Origin: an uncultured Ignavibacteria bacterium
Lineage (GTDB): Bacteria; Bacteroidota; Ignavibacteria; Kapaibacteriales; Kapaibacteriaceae
Length of the DNA: 64,000 nt
Direction: 5' to 3'
Assembly: GCA_937870915.1 (NCBI GenBank)
Contig: CALMZQ010000209.1
Coordinates: 30,709 to 94,708 of the forward strand
Below are positions 30,075 through 41,337 of the stretch, one piece after another (positions within the stretch are counted from its first letter, which is position 1; every line of letters begins with the position of its first letter). The notes beneath the pieces were generated by a model, which was given only the letters and a program-made list of their open reading frames with translations, had not been told where the DNA came from and did no database searches. The position numbers and the translations under genes are program-made.

Positions 30075-30082
30075 TATTTTTG
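30075..30082 (+). promoter_or_regulatory. candidate -7 box TATTTTTG upstream of pyrB
   Basis: Exact TAnnTTTG, but only 6 nt before the ATG at 30089. This would imply a near-leaderless transcript, so it is doubtful. Confidence 0.25.
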
Positions 30083-30088
30083 CAACCG

Positions 30089-30997
30089 ATGGCGTTACAA
30101 CACCTACTGTCGACACGTGACCTTTCCGTCAAAGACATTAACTCTCTTCTTGACGACGCCTCCTCCGTTCTCACACCTGATGGCCTGCATCCGATGCAGT
30201 CGCATGAACTGAGGGGGAAACGCCTCGTTCTGGCATTCTTCGAAGCATCAACCAGAACCAGACTTTCGTTCGAGACCGCAGCCGACAGACTCGGCGGTAC
30301 ATCGATCTTCTTCCAAGGAAGCGGCAGCAGCGTTGAAAAAGGTGAAACGATGCGCGAAACGATCTTCACGATCCAGTCCATGGGTTTTGACGCAATCATC
30401 CTCCGCCACGCACAAAATGGAATCCATTGCGAGATCGCCTCATATTCAACGATGTCGGTGATCAATGCCGGCGAAGGTTCTGCGCAACATCCAACACAAG
30501 CCTTGCTTGATGCTTCCACGATACGAGAATATAGCGGCGAGGTATCGGGCAAACGTGTTGCAATTGTTGGAGATCTACGTCATTCGCGTGTTGCTAGGTC
30601 AACAACTGATGTGCTGAAGAGACTAGGTGCCAACGTTGCATACTGCGCGCCGGATGCTCTGGCACCCAACGATGAGATGTTCTCTACAATGCAGCGCTTC
30701 TCATCCATGGATGAATTGCTTCCATGGGCCGACGTGGTGTATCTGCTCCGCATTCAACGGGAACGCCTCTCAGATGAAATCATTCTCGATCCAGACGACT
30801 ATCGTCGACGCTACTCCTTCACAATGGAGCGGGCACGTGAATACCCGAACGTGGCAGTGATGCACCCCGGCCCGGTAAACGTGGGTGTAGAGATCGACGA
30901 GCCGGTTCTGGATCTACCACAGTGCCTTATTCATCGCCAAGTAACGCATGGTGTAGCCGTGCGCATGGCTGTCCTTCGCAAACTCCTTTCAACCTGA
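30089..30997 (+). CDS. pyrB: aspartate carbamoyltransferase catalytic subunit
   Basis: ATG 30089 preferred over TTG 30080. FFEASTRTRLSFE (STRTR motif), HPTQALLD, and C-terminal HPGP. Confidence 0.93.
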   Translation: MALQHLLSTRDLSVKDINSLLDDASSVLTPDGLHPMQSHELRGKRLVLAFFEASTRTRLSFETAADRLGGTSIFFQGSGSSVEKGETMRETIFTIQSMGFDAIILRHAQNGIHCEIASYSTMSVINAGEGSAQHPTQALLDASTIREYSGEVSGKRVAIVGDLRHSRVARSTTDVLKRLGANVAYCAPDALAPNDEMFSTMQRFSSMDELLPWADVVYLLRIQRERLSDEIILDPDDYRRRYSFTMERAREYPNVAVMHPGPVNVGVEIDEPVLDLPQCLIHRQVTHGVAVRMAVLRKLLST

Positions 30998-31021
30998 TAG
31001 TACGGAAAGACCCAATCCCTC

Positions 31022-34000
31022 ATGCCTAAACGCACAGACCTCAAAACGATCCTCGTCATTGGCTCCGGCCCAATCGTCATCGGCCAAGCCTGTGAATTCG
31101 ATTACTCCGGAACTCAGGCCTGTAAGGTCCTGCGCGAAGAAGGGTATCGTGTTGTGCTCATCAATTCGAATCCAGCAACGATCATGACGGACCCCGACGT
31201 AGCAGATGCCACGTACGTTGAACCGATCACGTCGCAATTCATTGAAGAGGTCATCAAGAAGGAGCGCCCCGACGCTATCCTGCCAACTATGGGTGGTCAG
31301 GTTGCCCTCAATGCCGCAGTTGGCCTCCATGAGGCAGGCATCCTCGCCAAATACAACATCGAACTCATTGGCTCCAAGATCGAATCCATCCATAAAGCCG
31401 AAGACCGTGAACTCTTCCTCAACGCGATGAAGAAGATCGGTATGGAAATGCCGAGAGGGGGCTTTGTTCACGAGCTTGAAGAGGGCATGAAGATGGTGGA
31501 TGAGGTGGGGTTCCCGGCCATCATTCGCCCATCATTCACTCTCGGTGGTACTGGTGGCGGTATCGCATATAACCTCGAAGAATATCGTGAGATGTTACGC
31601 AATGGGCTCGTGGCCAGCCCCATTCAACGTGTACTTGTGGAAGAGAGCATCATCGGGTGGAAGGAATATGAACTTGAGGTGATGCGCGATACCAAGGATA
31701 ATGTGGTGATCATCTGTTCCATCGAGAACGTTGATCCTATGGGTGTACATACGGGTGACTCGATCACGGTTGCTCCGGCGCAGACGCTCACGGACCGTGA
31801 ATACCAACGTATGCGGGACGCGTCGCTCAAAATCATTCGCGAAATCGGCGTGGAAACGGGAGGGTCGAACATTCAGTTCGCCGTGAATCCACACGATGGA
31901 CGTATGGTGGTCATCGAAATGAACCCGCGTGTTTCACGCAGCTCAGCTCTGGCTTCAAAGGCAACAGGGTTCCCGATTGCTAAGATGGCGGCGAAACTTG
32001 CTGTTGGATATACTCTTGATGAGATCCTCAACGACATCACGAAAAAGACGCCGGCCTGTTTTGAGCCGTCGATTGACTACGTAGTTGTGAAAATCCCACG
32101 GTGGGACTTTGAGAAGTTCCATGAGGCCGATAATACACTCGGCATTCAAATGAAGTCGGTGGGTGAAGCCATGGCCTTTGGTCGCAACTTCAAAGAGGCA
32201 CTTCAAAAGGCACTTCGGTCACTCGAACAAAAGCGATTTGGTTTTGGGTTCGACTCACCACAGTATGCTGATCTTACTCCACTCGAAGAAGCGGAGCTTG
32301 TTCCTCTTCGGTCGAGGCTTCGCAAACGCACTTCCACGTCGATCTTTGATCTTTGTGATGCACTACGAGCCGGGATGACCACAGAAGAGATCCACGGACT
32401 AACGAAGTACGATCCATGGTTCCTAGAGCAGTGTAAGCAGATCGTTGATGAAGCGCTTGAACTTGTTCGTGAGGTACAAAACGGACTTGCCTTACAGGCC
32501 ATTTCTGTTCCCCATATGCGTAGACTCAAACGGTATGGATTCAGCGACTATCAGATCGCAACCATACTCGGAGTATCGGAATCGGCCGTCCGAGCCCAAC
32601 GAATTCACATCGGCGTACGTCCGGTTTACAAAACTGTAGACACCTGTGCAGCGGAGTTCGAATCGGAGACGCCGTATCACTACTCGTGTTACGATACCGA
32701 GAACGAAGCCAAACCATCGAAGAACAAGAAGGTCATCATTCTCGGAAGCGGACCCAATCGGATCGGCCAGGGGATCGAGTTCGATTATTGCTGTGTGCAG
32801 GGAGTGTTCGCTCTGAAGGCAATGGGGTACGAAGCGATCATGATCAATTGTAATCCGGAAACCGTGTCAACGGATTATGATACTACGAGCCGACTTTACT
32901 TTGAACCATTGACCTTCGAAGACGTGATGAACGTCATCGAACTGGAAGATCCCGATGGAGTGGTGATCACATTCGGTGGTCAAACGCCGCTCAAACTCGC
33001 ACAGAAGCTTCATGAAGCTGGGGTGAAACTCATCGGTACATCGCCTGAAGGTATTGACCTAGCAGAGGATCGTCAGCGCTTTGGTGATCTCCTTGCGAAG
33101 CTCAACATACCCTGTCCCCCGTGGGGAACCAGCGTAACGGAAGATGATGCCGTAACGATTGCCGACCGTGTTGGATACCCCGTCCTTGTTCGCCCGTCCT
33201 ATGTGTTAGGGGGCAGGGCAATGCAGATCTGTTACCGAGAAGATTCCCTGCGCGAGTATATGCGTACGGCAATCGCACAAGACCCAACACGACCGGTTTT
33301 GATCGACCATTTCCTCGAGAATGCCCTTGAGTTTGACGTAGATGCTGTGAGCGACGGAGACATGGCGGTGATCGGTGGTATCATGCAGCACATCGAAGAA
33401 GCCGGTGTACACTCTGGTGATTCATCATGTGTCCTTCCGCCGTATAACATCGCACCCGAGATCGTGGACACCATGCGCGACTATGCTAAGCGCATGGCGC
33501 GTGAACTGAACGTGATCGGTCTGCTCAACATTCAGTTCGCTGTCCAGAACAACATCGTCTACGTACTCGAGGTCAATCCGCGCGCTTCGCGCACGGTGCC
33601 CTTTGTGTCAAAGGCCACCGGTGTGCAGCTTGCACAGATCGCAACACGCGTGATGGTCGGCACGAAGCTTGCCGACATCGGAATGAAAGAGTTCAACACC
33701 ACGATGACCCGCACGGCCATCAAGGAGTCGGTTTTCCCATTCGCCAAATTCCCGCATGCCAGCGTCTTCCTCGGACCAGAGATGCGATCAACAGGCGAAG
33801 TGATGGGCATGGACAGCACGTTCGGAAGAGCAATCGTGAAATCGCACATCTCTTCCGGGAATTCATTGCCCCTTACCGGAAATGTCTTCATCTCCCTAAG
33901 TGCCCACGACAAAACACCGCGTGCCATCGAAACAGCGCAGGGTTATCGCGATCTCGGATTTGCCATCCTTGCAACCAGTGGTACAGCAGCCTTCCTTCGT

Positions 34001-34285
34001 GAGCATGGTGTTGAAACAACGTCCGTTCTCAAGCACTACGAAGGTCGACCAAGCATCATCGATCAGATCGCCAATGGTGACGTTCAGATCGTGATTAACA
34101 CTCCGATCGGTGAAAGCGCGCGATATGATGAGGCTGTGATGGGACGGACGGCAATGAAGTATAAAGTTCCTTTCTTCACAACGCTTGCAGCTGCCGAGGC
34201 GTCCTTGCATGGGATCAAAGCCCTGAGGCAAGAAACATTCACAGCTGTATCGCTACAGGACCACTATGCGTCGGCACACGCCTGA
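31022..34285 (+). CDS. carB: carbamoyl-phosphate synthase large subunit
   Basis: 1087 aa with duplicated ATP-grasp halves ([30 protein letters not shown].. and ..[22 protein letters not shown]..). No carA in the window. Confidence 0.97.
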   Translation: MPKRTDLKTILVIGSGPIVIGQACEFDYSGTQACKVLREEGYRVVLINSNPATIMTDPDVADATYVEPITSQFIEEVIKKERPDAILPTMGGQVALNAAVGLHEAGILAKYNIELIGSKIESIHKAEDRELFLNAMKKIGMEMPRGGFVHELEEGMKMVDEVGFPAIIRPSFTLGGTGGGIAYNLEEYREMLRNGLVASPIQRVLVEESIIGWKEYELEVMRDTKDNVVIICSIENVDPMGVHTGDSITVAPAQTLTDREYQRMRDASLKIIREIGVETGGSNIQFAVNPHDGRMVVIEMNPRVSRSSALASKATGFPIAKMAAKLAVGYTLDEILNDITKKTPACFEPSIDYVVVKIPRWDFEKFHEADNTLGIQMKSVGEAMAFGRNFKEALQKALRSLEQKRFGFGFDSPQYADLTPLEEAELVPLRSRLRKRTSTSIFDLCDALRAGMTTEEIHGLTKYDPWFLEQCKQIVDEALELVREVQNGLALQAISVPHMRRLKRYGFSDYQIATILGVSESAVRAQRIHIGVRPVYKTVDTCAAEFESETPYHYSCYDTENEAKPSKNKKVIILGSGPNRIGQGIEFDYCCVQGVFALKAMGYEAIMINCNPETVSTDYDTTSRLYFEPLTFEDVMNVIELEDPDGVVITFGGQTPLKLAQKLHEAGVKLIGTSPEGIDLAEDRQRFGDLLAKLNIPCPPWGTSVTEDDAVTIADRVGYPVLVRPSYVLGGRAMQICYREDSLREYMRTAIAQDPTRPVLIDHFLENALEFDVDAVSDGDMAVIGGIMQHIEEAGVHSGDSSCVLPPYNIAPEIVDTMRDYAKRMARELNVIGLLNIQFAVQNNIVYVLEVNPRASRTVPFVSKATGVQLAQIATRVMVGTKLADIGMKEFNTTMTRTAIKESVFPFAKFPHASVFLGPEMRSTGEVMGMDSTFGRAIVKSHISSGNSLPLTGNVFISLSAHDKTPRAIETAQGYRDLGFAILATSGTAAFLREHGVETTSVLKHYEGRPSIIDQIANGDVQIVINTPIGESARYDEAVMGRTAMKYKVPFFTTLAAAEASLHGIKALRQETFTAVSLQDHYASAHA

Positions 34286-35162
34286 CGTAGAGCGCATATG
34301 GACTGTGCTTGACCTCGTGAACTGGGGGACGGAGTACTTTGAGCGCAAGGGTGTGGACTCGCCACGTTTGACCATTGAGCTTATGTTGTGCGAGGTGTTG
34401 AACGTTCGTAGGCTCCAGTTGTATACGGATCATGAACGCCCCCTCTCAAAAGAAGAGTTGGTGGTCTTACGCTCCTATGTGCAGCGAAGAGCAATGCATG
34501 AGCCGCTGCAATACATCCTCGGCAAGGCAGATTTCTACGGCCTTTCCTTCGTCGTGGGTCCACAGGTGCTCATCCCACGACCGGAAACGGAGATCATCGT
34601 GGACCGCGCAATACGTATCCTGCGTGAGGTAGGGGGCAGTGCACAACGTTGTCTCGATATCGGAACCGGGAGCGGGTGCATTCCAATCTCCATTGCTGCG
34701 CATGTTTCAACATGTACGTGGGAATGTGTAGATGTTCATCCCGAAGCGCTCAAGATCGCAAGGAACAATGCTCAAACTCATGGGGTAGAGGACCGGGTGA
34801 CTTTCATCGAAATGGACATTCTGGCCACACTCCCGTCAGGTCCGTTTGATCTCATTACGATGAATCCACCGTATATCGCCCTTGTTGATGTCCATGATCT
34901 CGAGCCCGAGGTACGGGACCATGAGCCCCTTACCGCCCTCACCGACGATCTGGATGGACTTACTTTTTACCGTCGGTTTGCATCTGTGGCCACACAGATA
35001 CTCTCTCCTACAGGCACGGCATTGCTCGAAATCGGCTACGGTCAGAATACGGACGTGCAGGCCCTCATGGTAGGGGGCGGCCTCGACTGCACAATCATCG
35101 AAGACCTTGCCGGAATACCCCGTGTAGCAAAGATCTCTCGTCCCAGTGTTACAAAGTGGTAA
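34266..35162 (+). CDS. prmC: peptide chain release factor N5-glutamine methyltransferase
   Basis: 298 aa. SAM motif [10 protein letters not shown] and catalytic NPPY (ITMNPPYI). 20-nt overlap with the carB end. Confidence 0.85.
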   Translation: MRRHTPDVERIWTVLDLVNWGTEYFERKGVDSPRLTIELMLCEVLNVRRLQLYTDHERPLSKEELVVLRSYVQRRAMHEPLQYILGKADFYGLSFVVGPQVLIPRPETEIIVDRAIRILREVGGSAQRCLDIGTGSGCIPISIAAHVSTCTWECVDVHPEALKIARNNAQTHGVEDRVTFIEMDILATLPSGPFDLITMNPPYIALVDVHDLEPEVRDHEPLTALTDDLDGLTFYRRFASVATQILSPTGTALLEIGYGQNTDVQALMVGGGLDCTIIEDLAGIPRVAKISRPSVTKW

Positions 35163-35250
35163 CTCTGCGTGTCTTACACCCTGAATGAAGCAGGCTTTTT
35201 TCGTAGATTCGACGTCTTCACGACGCGGCATTCAGACGGACGATGGGATT

Positions 35251-35610
35251 ATGACGGAAAACGAACAGATCAAAGAACGAACGGTTGGCGAGATCCTGAT
35301 CGTTTCACTTTCGGGGCAATTCACTGGTGGTGAAGAGTCTGAAGCATTTCAGGAGGTGCTGCAACGCGCCTTGGTGAATGGTAAGCGGACAGTTGTGGTG
35401 GACGTGGAAAATGTGGCCTACATCAACTCGTCGTTTATCGGCGGCTTGCTTGCGGCTCACACATCCATCAGCAGAAAAGGGGGAGCGATCGTGTTATGCA
35501 ATGTGCCCGAGGCATTGCAACAGATCCTCCATGTGACAAGACTGGACAATGTTTTCGAATCGTATTCGAGTGTAGACGAAGCACTTGATGCGCACAACAA
35601 CGATCAATAA
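35251..35610 (+). CDS. STAS-domain protein (anti-sigma-factor-antagonist family)
   Basis: ORF trimmed to the ATG at 35251 (119 aa). Pattern ..VVVDVENVAYINSSFIGGLLAAH..GGAIVLCNVPEALQQIL is typical of SpoIIAA-like STAS proteins. Confidence 0.7.
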   Translation: MTENEQIKERTVGEILIVSLSGQFTGGEESEAFQEVLQRALVNGKRTVVVDVENVAYINSSFIGGLLAAHTSISRKGGAIVLCNVPEALQQILHVTRLDNVFESYSSVDEALDAHNNDQ

Positions 35611-35639
35611 CACTATTCTGTTTCCTTGAAGGGTGACGT

Positions 35640-36434
35640 ATGAAGAACATGACGAACACGATCATTCTGGTAGCCTGCGTTATTGCGGCCTACGCGGTGT
35701 TCTACCTTGTACTCGGTGCTGAGGGTAACTTCACAGATCCGAAAACGCAGGTAGTGGACATGCACCTTCCGCAGAACGCAATGGGTATGATCTTCACTGG
35801 GGGCCCACTTGTGGGTCTTTTGATCGCCTGTATCCTCATCGCGATTACCTTTACTGTAGAGCGTTTTCTCTCCATCGGCAAGGCTGGCGGTAAGGGCAAC
35901 ATGCATGCCTTCACGCAAGAGATCGTTGGCAACGTTGCAAAGGGTAACTATACAGCCGCACTTGCAGCATGCGATAATCAGCGTGGCTCACTTGCAAATG
36001 TTCTCCGTGCTGCTGTGGAGCGTTTTCGGACCGTAGAGAATGATCCAACGTTGAATGCAGATCAAAAGCTCCAAGAAACACAACGTGTTATCGATGAAAA
36101 TATGAACCTCGAGACACCGCTACTTGAGAAGAATCTCGCGATGCTCTCTACGATCGCATCGGTATCAACGATGATCGGTCTTCTCGGAACAACCGTTGGT
36201 ATGATCCGTGCCTTCCAGGCACTGGGCGCTGCAGGTACTGTATCTGCACAACAGCTCTCCATCGGTATTTCCGAAGCTCTCTACAACACAGCCGGTGGTC
36301 TTATTGCCGCTGTTCTGTCCATCATCTTCTTCAACTTTTTCACGACAAAAGTTGACGATTTCACATATCAAATGGATGAAGCCATCCTTGATCTGATGGA
36401 AACACTTTCCATCCGCACCGGCACGAAGGCCTGA
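35640..36434 (+). CDS. exbB: MotA/TolQ/ExbB proton-channel protein
   Basis: 264 aa. C-terminal MotA_ExbB pattern ..LGTTVGMIRAF.. and ..ISEALYNTAGGL. Confidence 0.88.
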   Translation: MKNMTNTIILVACVIAAYAVFYLVLGAEGNFTDPKTQVVDMHLPQNAMGMIFTGGPLVGLLIACILIAITFTVERFLSIGKAGGKGNMHAFTQEIVGNVAKGNYTAALAACDNQRGSLANVLRAAVERFRTVENDPTLNADQKLQETQRVIDENMNLETPLLEKNLAMLSTIASVSTMIGLLGTTVGMIRAFQALGAAGTVSAQQLSIGISEALYNTAGGLIAAVLSIIFFNFFTTKVDDFTYQMDEAILDLMETLSIRTGTKA

Positions 36435-36458
36435 TCTCATCACCGGTAGGGAATAATC

Positions 36459-36983
36459 ATGTCGAAGATTAAGAAGAAACGCGTTGGCTTTGTGCTGGAC
36501 ATGACGCCGTTGGTGGACATCACGTTCCTCCTATTGACGTTCTTCATGTTCACAGCAAAGTTCAAGAGCGAATCAGAAAATCAGAATAAGGTCGAAATCA
36601 AACGACCACAGACACAATCCGATACTGCTAAACTCGCCGATAAGGATCTTGTAATGATCAAGATCGGTGTTGATTCGGTAGTGAAGGACACGGCGTTTTA
36701 TGTGTCCATGATCAATGAGCAGGATATCATCAGTCTCCGTGCAGCCATGCGCGAAGCGAAGTTTCCTGATGTAGACGAAAAGACCACAGTGTACAAGATA
36801 AAGGACACTGTGTGGCTTGGTACCATCGTTGAGAAGTGCCGCATCGTCAACTCAAGAGCATCGTTTGCCGTGGACGCCGATCGTCGCCTCCGTTACCGGT
36901 GGGTGGAGATGGCTATGAACGAAATGCGCAAGAAGCGCGCAACAACGTTCAACTTCGTCACGGAGAAGAAGACCGGGATGTGA
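36459..36983 (+). CDS. exbD: ExbD/TolR biopolymer transport protein (copy 1)
   Basis: 174 aa. DMTPLVDITFLLLTFFMF TM signature. Confidence 0.85.
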   Translation: MSKIKKKRVGFVLDMTPLVDITFLLLTFFMFTAKFKSESENQNKVEIKRPQTQSDTAKLADKDLVMIKIGVDSVVKDTAFYVSMINEQDIISLRAAMREAKFPDVDEKTTVYKIKDTVWLGTIVEKCRIVNSRASFAVDADRRLRYRWVEMAMNEMRKKRATTFNFVTEKKTGM

Positions 36984-37062
36984 TCATTGCCATCAGGTGA
37001 TGTAACACGATCCCACGTTTCCTCCTCTCTATTCTAGAACGAACCGAACTACAGGTGTCCTC

Positions 37063-37611
37063 ATGGCAGGTGGTGGTGAATTAGGCGGCGGACAAAAACA
37101 GCGACGCGGCAAACAAGGCAAGCGGAAGGCAAAGAAACGTCTCGGGTTTCGTCTCGATATGACGCCTCTCGTGGATATCACGTTCTTGCTCCTGACATTC
37201 TTCATGCTTACAACGTCGATGATCACGCCGCAAACGATGGAAATGAATGTTCCTCCGGAACTGGATGTCCCGATCGAAGTGAAACAGTCTGAGTTGTTGA
37301 CCATTCGTGTCCGTGATGACGGCAAGATGTTCTACAACATGGGTATGGATGCCCCGGAGAAAATCACAGTCAAGGGACTAAAAAAGGTTGTCGTAGATCA
37401 AAACGTAGCGCTCAAGAACCGGTGTATTGTTGTTCTGAAGGGATCAGGGGAAGCCCCCTATGGACTTGTCGTCCAAATCCTTGATGAACTCAATGCCGCA
37501 GAGCCGGATATCATCGAAGGTCTTAAGCGCCTCGGTATCAATGAGCGCAAGCGAAAGTTCACCGTGTCACCGTATGAGGCGAAGGACGCCGAGGAGCTGA
37601 AGGGACTATGA
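37063..37611 (+). CDS. exbD: ExbD/TolR biopolymer transport protein (copy 2)
   Basis: 182 aa. Basic N-terminus, then the same DMTPLVDITFLLLTFFM signature. Confidence 0.85.
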   Translation: MAGGGELGGGQKQRRGKQGKRKAKKRLGFRLDMTPLVDITFLLLTFFMLTTSMITPQTMEMNVPPELDVPIEVKQSELLTIRVRDDGKMFYNMGMDAPEKITVKGLKKVVVDQNVALKNRCIVVLKGSGEAPYGLVVQILDELNAAEPDIIEGLKRLGINERKRKFTVSPYEAKDAEELKGL

Positions 37612-38387
37612 GCACCACAGCAACACTCCAGCAGCCATTAGAAGCTATCCGTTACGGAGCGGCAGAACTAAAGCGCGTTATCGCAGAGAACACGCGTCGT
37701 GCATTCATGGTCACGATGGCACTTCTTCTTCTGATTGCGTTGTATGCCTTTGCATCAAAATTGATCGAAGCGTGGCTCTTTCCGCCACCGAATGTCGTAA
37801 AAGTGAAGTTGGCTCGTGTTTCGTTGGATAATCTGCCGCCCCCACAGTCGCAGAATGAAGACGTTCCTCCACCTCCGCCGCCAACGGCTGCCCCAGCAGG
37901 ACCGGCAGCACGTGCCGGAACTCCGGTTGCCGTTCCAGATGCTGAACTTGCTCCGGATGCAAAGGATTTTGCTAACACCGATGAGATCAACCGTGCTTCT
38001 GCCGTAGGCGGGAGCGGGGAAGACAATGGCGGGTTTGCCGACAACATCGGTGAAGGCGTGCAGATCGCAACCAGGGAAGCAGAGCCAGACATCGAAGACT
38101 TTGTTTCTGTTGAAAAGGAACCATCTTATGATGAAGCTAGCTTGGCTCGTAGGGTGAAGTATCCGGAAATGGCACGTCGTAACGGAATTGAAGGCATTGT
38201 TCTCGTTGGTGCTCTTATCGGCAAGGATGGACGCATCGAGAATATCAAGGTAATCGAGTCCGAGAACGAGATCCTCGATGAAGCAGCTGTGAAGGCTGTT
38301 CGTGAGACGTCGTTTACTCCTGCTCAACAGAACGGACAAGCCGTTCGGGTATGGGCACGTGTGCCAATCCGGTTCACTTTGCGGTAA
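37608..38387 (+). CDS. tonB: TonB-family energy transducer
   Basis: 259 aa. N-terminal TM, Pro-rich spacer (PPPQSQNEDVPPPPPPTAAPAGP), and C-terminal TonB domain (YPEMARRNGIEGIVLV..F.PA..NG). ATGA overlap with exbD. Confidence 0.88.
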   Translation: MSTTATLQQPLEAIRYGAAELKRVIAENTRRAFMVTMALLLLIALYAFASKLIEAWLFPPPNVVKVKLARVSLDNLPPPQSQNEDVPPPPPPTAAPAGPAARAGTPVAVPDAELAPDAKDFANTDEINRASAVGGSGEDNGGFADNIGEGVQIATREAEPDIEDFVSVEKEPSYDEASLARRVKYPEMARRNGIEGIVLVGALIGKDGRIENIKVIESENEILDEAAVKAVRETSFTPAQQNGQAVRVWARVPIRFTLR

Positions 38388-38405
38388 TCGCGCCGCCTTC
38401 GAATA

Positions 38406-38597
38406 ATGCATGTTGTGAACATCGCCGTCAGGGTTCTCATACTCCTTCTTGGAGTTTTGATCCTTGCCGGCGTTGCTCCTTTTGGGGTATTGGACTCGCC
38501 ACTCCAAGAAGTTTTCGGCTCGGTCGTCATATTGTTTGGCATGCTTCGCATGGTGATGTATTTCAGTCAGCGAAAGAACCAAGACGATGAAGACTAA
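38406..38597 (+). CDS. small two-TM membrane protein (hypothetical)
   Basis: 63 aa with two hydrophobic helices and an acidic tail. Its stop overlaps the next gene's start by 11 nt. No homology is assessable. Confidence 0.45.
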   Translation: MHVVNIAVRVLILLLGVLILAGVAPFGVLDSPLQEVFGSVVILFGMLRMVMYFSQRKNQDDED

Positions 38598-39531
38598 CGT
38601 CCGCGTTCCTGCAATTCTCGCACTGGTGTTGGTCCTCGGACTTACAGCGTGTACGGAGTCTGCTCAGAAAGATGCATCGCAAACAGAGTCAGCGCTATCT
38701 GGTTCGATTTCTGTGTCCGTGGATCCAGAGATCTTAGGCATCCTCACATCGGCAAAGGTGTTGTACGACAAGGCACATCCGAACGCATCAGTCACCCTTG
38801 TGAGCTCTGACGTATACACAACGATGGACCGCATGCTGAACCATACGGAACGCATCGCCATCATTGCTCGCGACTATACTCCGTCCGAGGACAGTGCCAT
38901 TGCCAATGATCCTACGGATACGTTGCCAAGAACATTATTGGGTCGGGATGCACTGGTGTTTTTTGTTGCCAAAAGCTTCCCATACGATACAATGAATGCA
39001 AACCACATCAGGCAGTGGCTTGGTGGCGAAAGTGGTGTTCGAACGTCGTATCCCAAACTTCTGAAGGACCCAACCTTTATCCTCTCCGGTAATGCATCTG
39101 GTTCTGTGTACGGCAACATCGTGAATGTGGTTCTAGGTAAGAAGAAAACCCCGGCACATGAGCGAATTGCATCGGTTCCGGATCATGATAGTGTGGTGCG
39201 TGCTGTGCAGGCAATACCCGGGTCGATAGGAGTTGGCTATCTGTCCCAAATCCAGCGTGATACAATGGTAAAGCCCCTTCGCTTGAGCTACACCAATGCT
39301 GATGGTACACATGAATGGCCTAAACCTGTACACCTATCGTATTTGATTATGGGAAAATATCCGTTTCCTGTACCGATCTGGGTGTACTTGCGAGATCTCC
39401 CAAACCAACACAATCTCCCGTCGGGATTTATGCAATACATCACCCGCAATGGTGATGCACTCAAGACACTCTTTGCAGCAGGCATTGAACCTGCCTATGC
39501 AAAGTTCTCCCTAACAATGCCAGAAGAATGA
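38587..39531 (+). CDS. PstS-like (PBP type 2) periplasmic binding lipoprotein
   Basis: 314 aa. Lipobox LGLTAC. The ..GSGSVYG.. / ..GSIGVGYLS.. pattern resembles phosphate-binding PBP-like proteins. No pstCAB nearby. Confidence 0.6.
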   Translation: MKTNVRVPAILALVLVLGLTACTESAQKDASQTESALSGSISVSVDPEILGILTSAKVLYDKAHPNASVTLVSSDVYTTMDRMLNHTERIAIIARDYTPSEDSAIANDPTDTLPRTLLGRDALVFFVAKSFPYDTMNANHIRQWLGGESGVRTSYPKLLKDPTFILSGNASGSVYGNIVNVVLGKKKTPAHERIASVPDHDSVVRAVQAIPGSIGVGYLSQIQRDTMVKPLRLSYTNADGTHEWPKPVHLSYLIMGKYPFPVPIWVYLRDLPNQHNLPSGFMQYITRNGDALKTLFAAGIEPAYAKFSLTMPEE

Positions 39532-41258
39532 ACACCAATACCAACACAACCATGCGTACGCTCCTCATTGCGATCCTCTTGGTCGGGTCTGCTGCTGTGG
39601 CATTTGCCAATGACTTTAACTCTGCCAAACAAGCTGCGGCGGAAGGAAATTGGGTGCAGGCTGCCGAACATATTCGCAAGGCGATCGATAAGAACCCTCA
39701 GGATATTCCTACGGTGGCACTTGCTGCCAAGATCTACCTGGAATTAGATATCCATGATACAGCTCTGACGTATGCTCGGCGCGTGTACGAAGAAGATGAT
39801 GATGAGAAGGAAAATGTTCTGCTGTATTCCCAGGCACTTACGGAAACAGAACAAGCTCCGGCAGCCAGTCCCATCTTACGCAAGTACCTTCGGAAGCGTG
39901 ATGATGTAGATGTTACGCTTGCACTTGTGAATGCACTTGTTGCAGCCGACTCCTTAAAGGCCGCAGAACTTGTAGCTACTACTGCCCGTGATAAACACCC
40001 CAAGAGTCCGGCAACCTATCTGGCTCTAGGCAACATCTATTTCAACTCAAAGCCCATCCCGGTTTTCGAACTCGCTGTACAAAATTATGACAAGGCTATC
40101 GAGCTCGATCCGAACCTCGTCGTAGCGCACTTCAATCTTGCCATATGTTTCTGGCGCATGGGTAATCGTGAAACAGACAACGATTTGGCAAATGAATATT
40201 TCTCGAGATCTCTTCGCGAATGGGATCAAGTAACGAAGCTCGATCCGAAGAATGCTCGTGCGTGGTACGAAGAGGGTAAGATTCTGTACTTGGCCGGAAA
40301 ATATTCAGCGGCAACAACTGCCCTTCAGACATATCGTACCCTCCGTCCACTTGGCACGGGCGAGATCATGGCATCATGGTACCTCGGCGAGTCGTTGTTC
40401 AAGCAGAACATGTGCGACTCTGCAAAGCGTCACCTCGAAGATGCAGCAGTCAAGATCGACTCTCTTAAGCCAAAGGTTTCACTCATGATGGCCAAGTGTA
40501 ACTTCATGGCCAAGCAATGGCGGGCCAGTGTTGACTACTACAAGGCGGCACTACCGATCAAGGCAAAGTGGGACAACGTGGACTACTGGTACTTTGGCGT
40601 AGCAGCTGTTGTGGCTGGAGACACGGCCATGGCCATCAATGTGATGGCAGAGGCTGCAGACAGAGATCCAAAACAATGCACCTTTATGTTCCGCTATGCA
40701 CTGCTCATGCAGGGCAGATACATGTATGCTCGGTCAAATGAGATTTTCCGTAAGCGATTGGCGAATTGCTCTGACTCGCTCGATGCAAAGATCCACGTCT
40801 TTATCGGCAATAACTTCTATGCTGATAGTCTTGTTGACAGTGCCATTGCCTCGTACGAGCGTGCCCTTGCGGTGAGCCCCACATACATGTATGCAACACT
40901 TCGTCTTGGAGAGACCCTACTTGCAAAGGGTGATGTTGTAAGGGGGCCGGCACTTCTCAATTCCGTGATTGAAAACGGGAAAGCCAGCACAAGCGCTGAT
41001 GATAAGCGATATGCTGTAGGTGCCATTATCCGCCTCAATGGTCAAGATATCGCAGACAAAAAGTGGCAGGCCATTGTTGACCGGAGCAAGACAGGCACGG
41101 AGCTCGACCCTAAGAGCGTAGGATCGTGGATCTACCTCGGATTTGGCTATCAAGGGCTGCAAGACGTAGAAAATGCCAAAAAGGCCTATCGTGAGGTTCT
41201 AAAGCTCGATCCGAACAACGAAACAGCCAAGAAGAACCTGAAAGCACTCGGAGCTTGA
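39528..41258 (+). CDS. tetratricopeptide-repeat periplasmic protein
   Basis: 576 aa with signal peptide. Many TPR-like A/Y/L-periodic helices (e.g. AKKAYREVLKLDPNNETAKKNL). ATGA overlap with the upstream gene. Confidence 0.75.
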   Translation: MNTNTNTTMRTLLIAILLVGSAAVAFANDFNSAKQAAAEGNWVQAAEHIRKAIDKNPQDIPTVALAAKIYLELDIHDTALTYARRVYEEDDDEKENVLLYSQALTETEQAPAASPILRKYLRKRDDVDVTLALVNALVAADSLKAAELVATTARDKHPKSPATYLALGNIYFNSKPIPVFELAVQNYDKAIELDPNLVVAHFNLAICFWRMGNRETDNDLANEYFSRSLREWDQVTKLDPKNARAWYEEGKILYLAGKYSAATTALQTYRTLRPLGTGEIMASWYLGESLFKQNMCDSAKRHLEDAAVKIDSLKPKVSLMMAKCNFMAKQWRASVDYYKAALPIKAKWDNVDYWYFGVAAVVAGDTAMAINVMAEAADRDPKQCTFMFRYALLMQGRYMYARSNEIFRKRLANCSDSLDAKIHVFIGNNFYADSLVDSAIASYERALAVSPTYMYATLRLGETLLAKGDVVRGPALLNSVIENGKASTSADDKRYAVGAIIRLNGQDIADKKWQAIVDRSKTGTELDPKSVGSWIYLGFGYQGLQDVENAKKAYREVLKLDPNNETAKKNLKALGA

Positions 41259-41337
41259 CGATGTGGACAAGGTTTGTAAAAATCGTCTAAGTGCCGTATT
41301 TTCGTAGTCTTGTCAACATTGGACCCGCCTGAATACC

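Noticed and set aside
28980-30116. 378-aa minus-strand ORF spanning pgpA and hup
   Set aside because: It is antisense to two well-supported genes. Its FFGAAFFGAAFF stretch is just the mirror of the HU AKKAAPKK tail, and it has no motif of its own.
35179-35201. Possible terminator after prmC (CCTG-AATGAAG-CAGG followed by CTTTTTT)
   Set aside because: The stem is only 4 bp, which is too weak to call despite the T-run.
37755-38582. 275-aa minus ORF, plus the 146-aa and 83-aa minus ORFs over tonB
   Set aside because: They are antisense to the tonB/small-protein genes, in a GC- and Pro-codon-rich region that keeps the reverse frames open.
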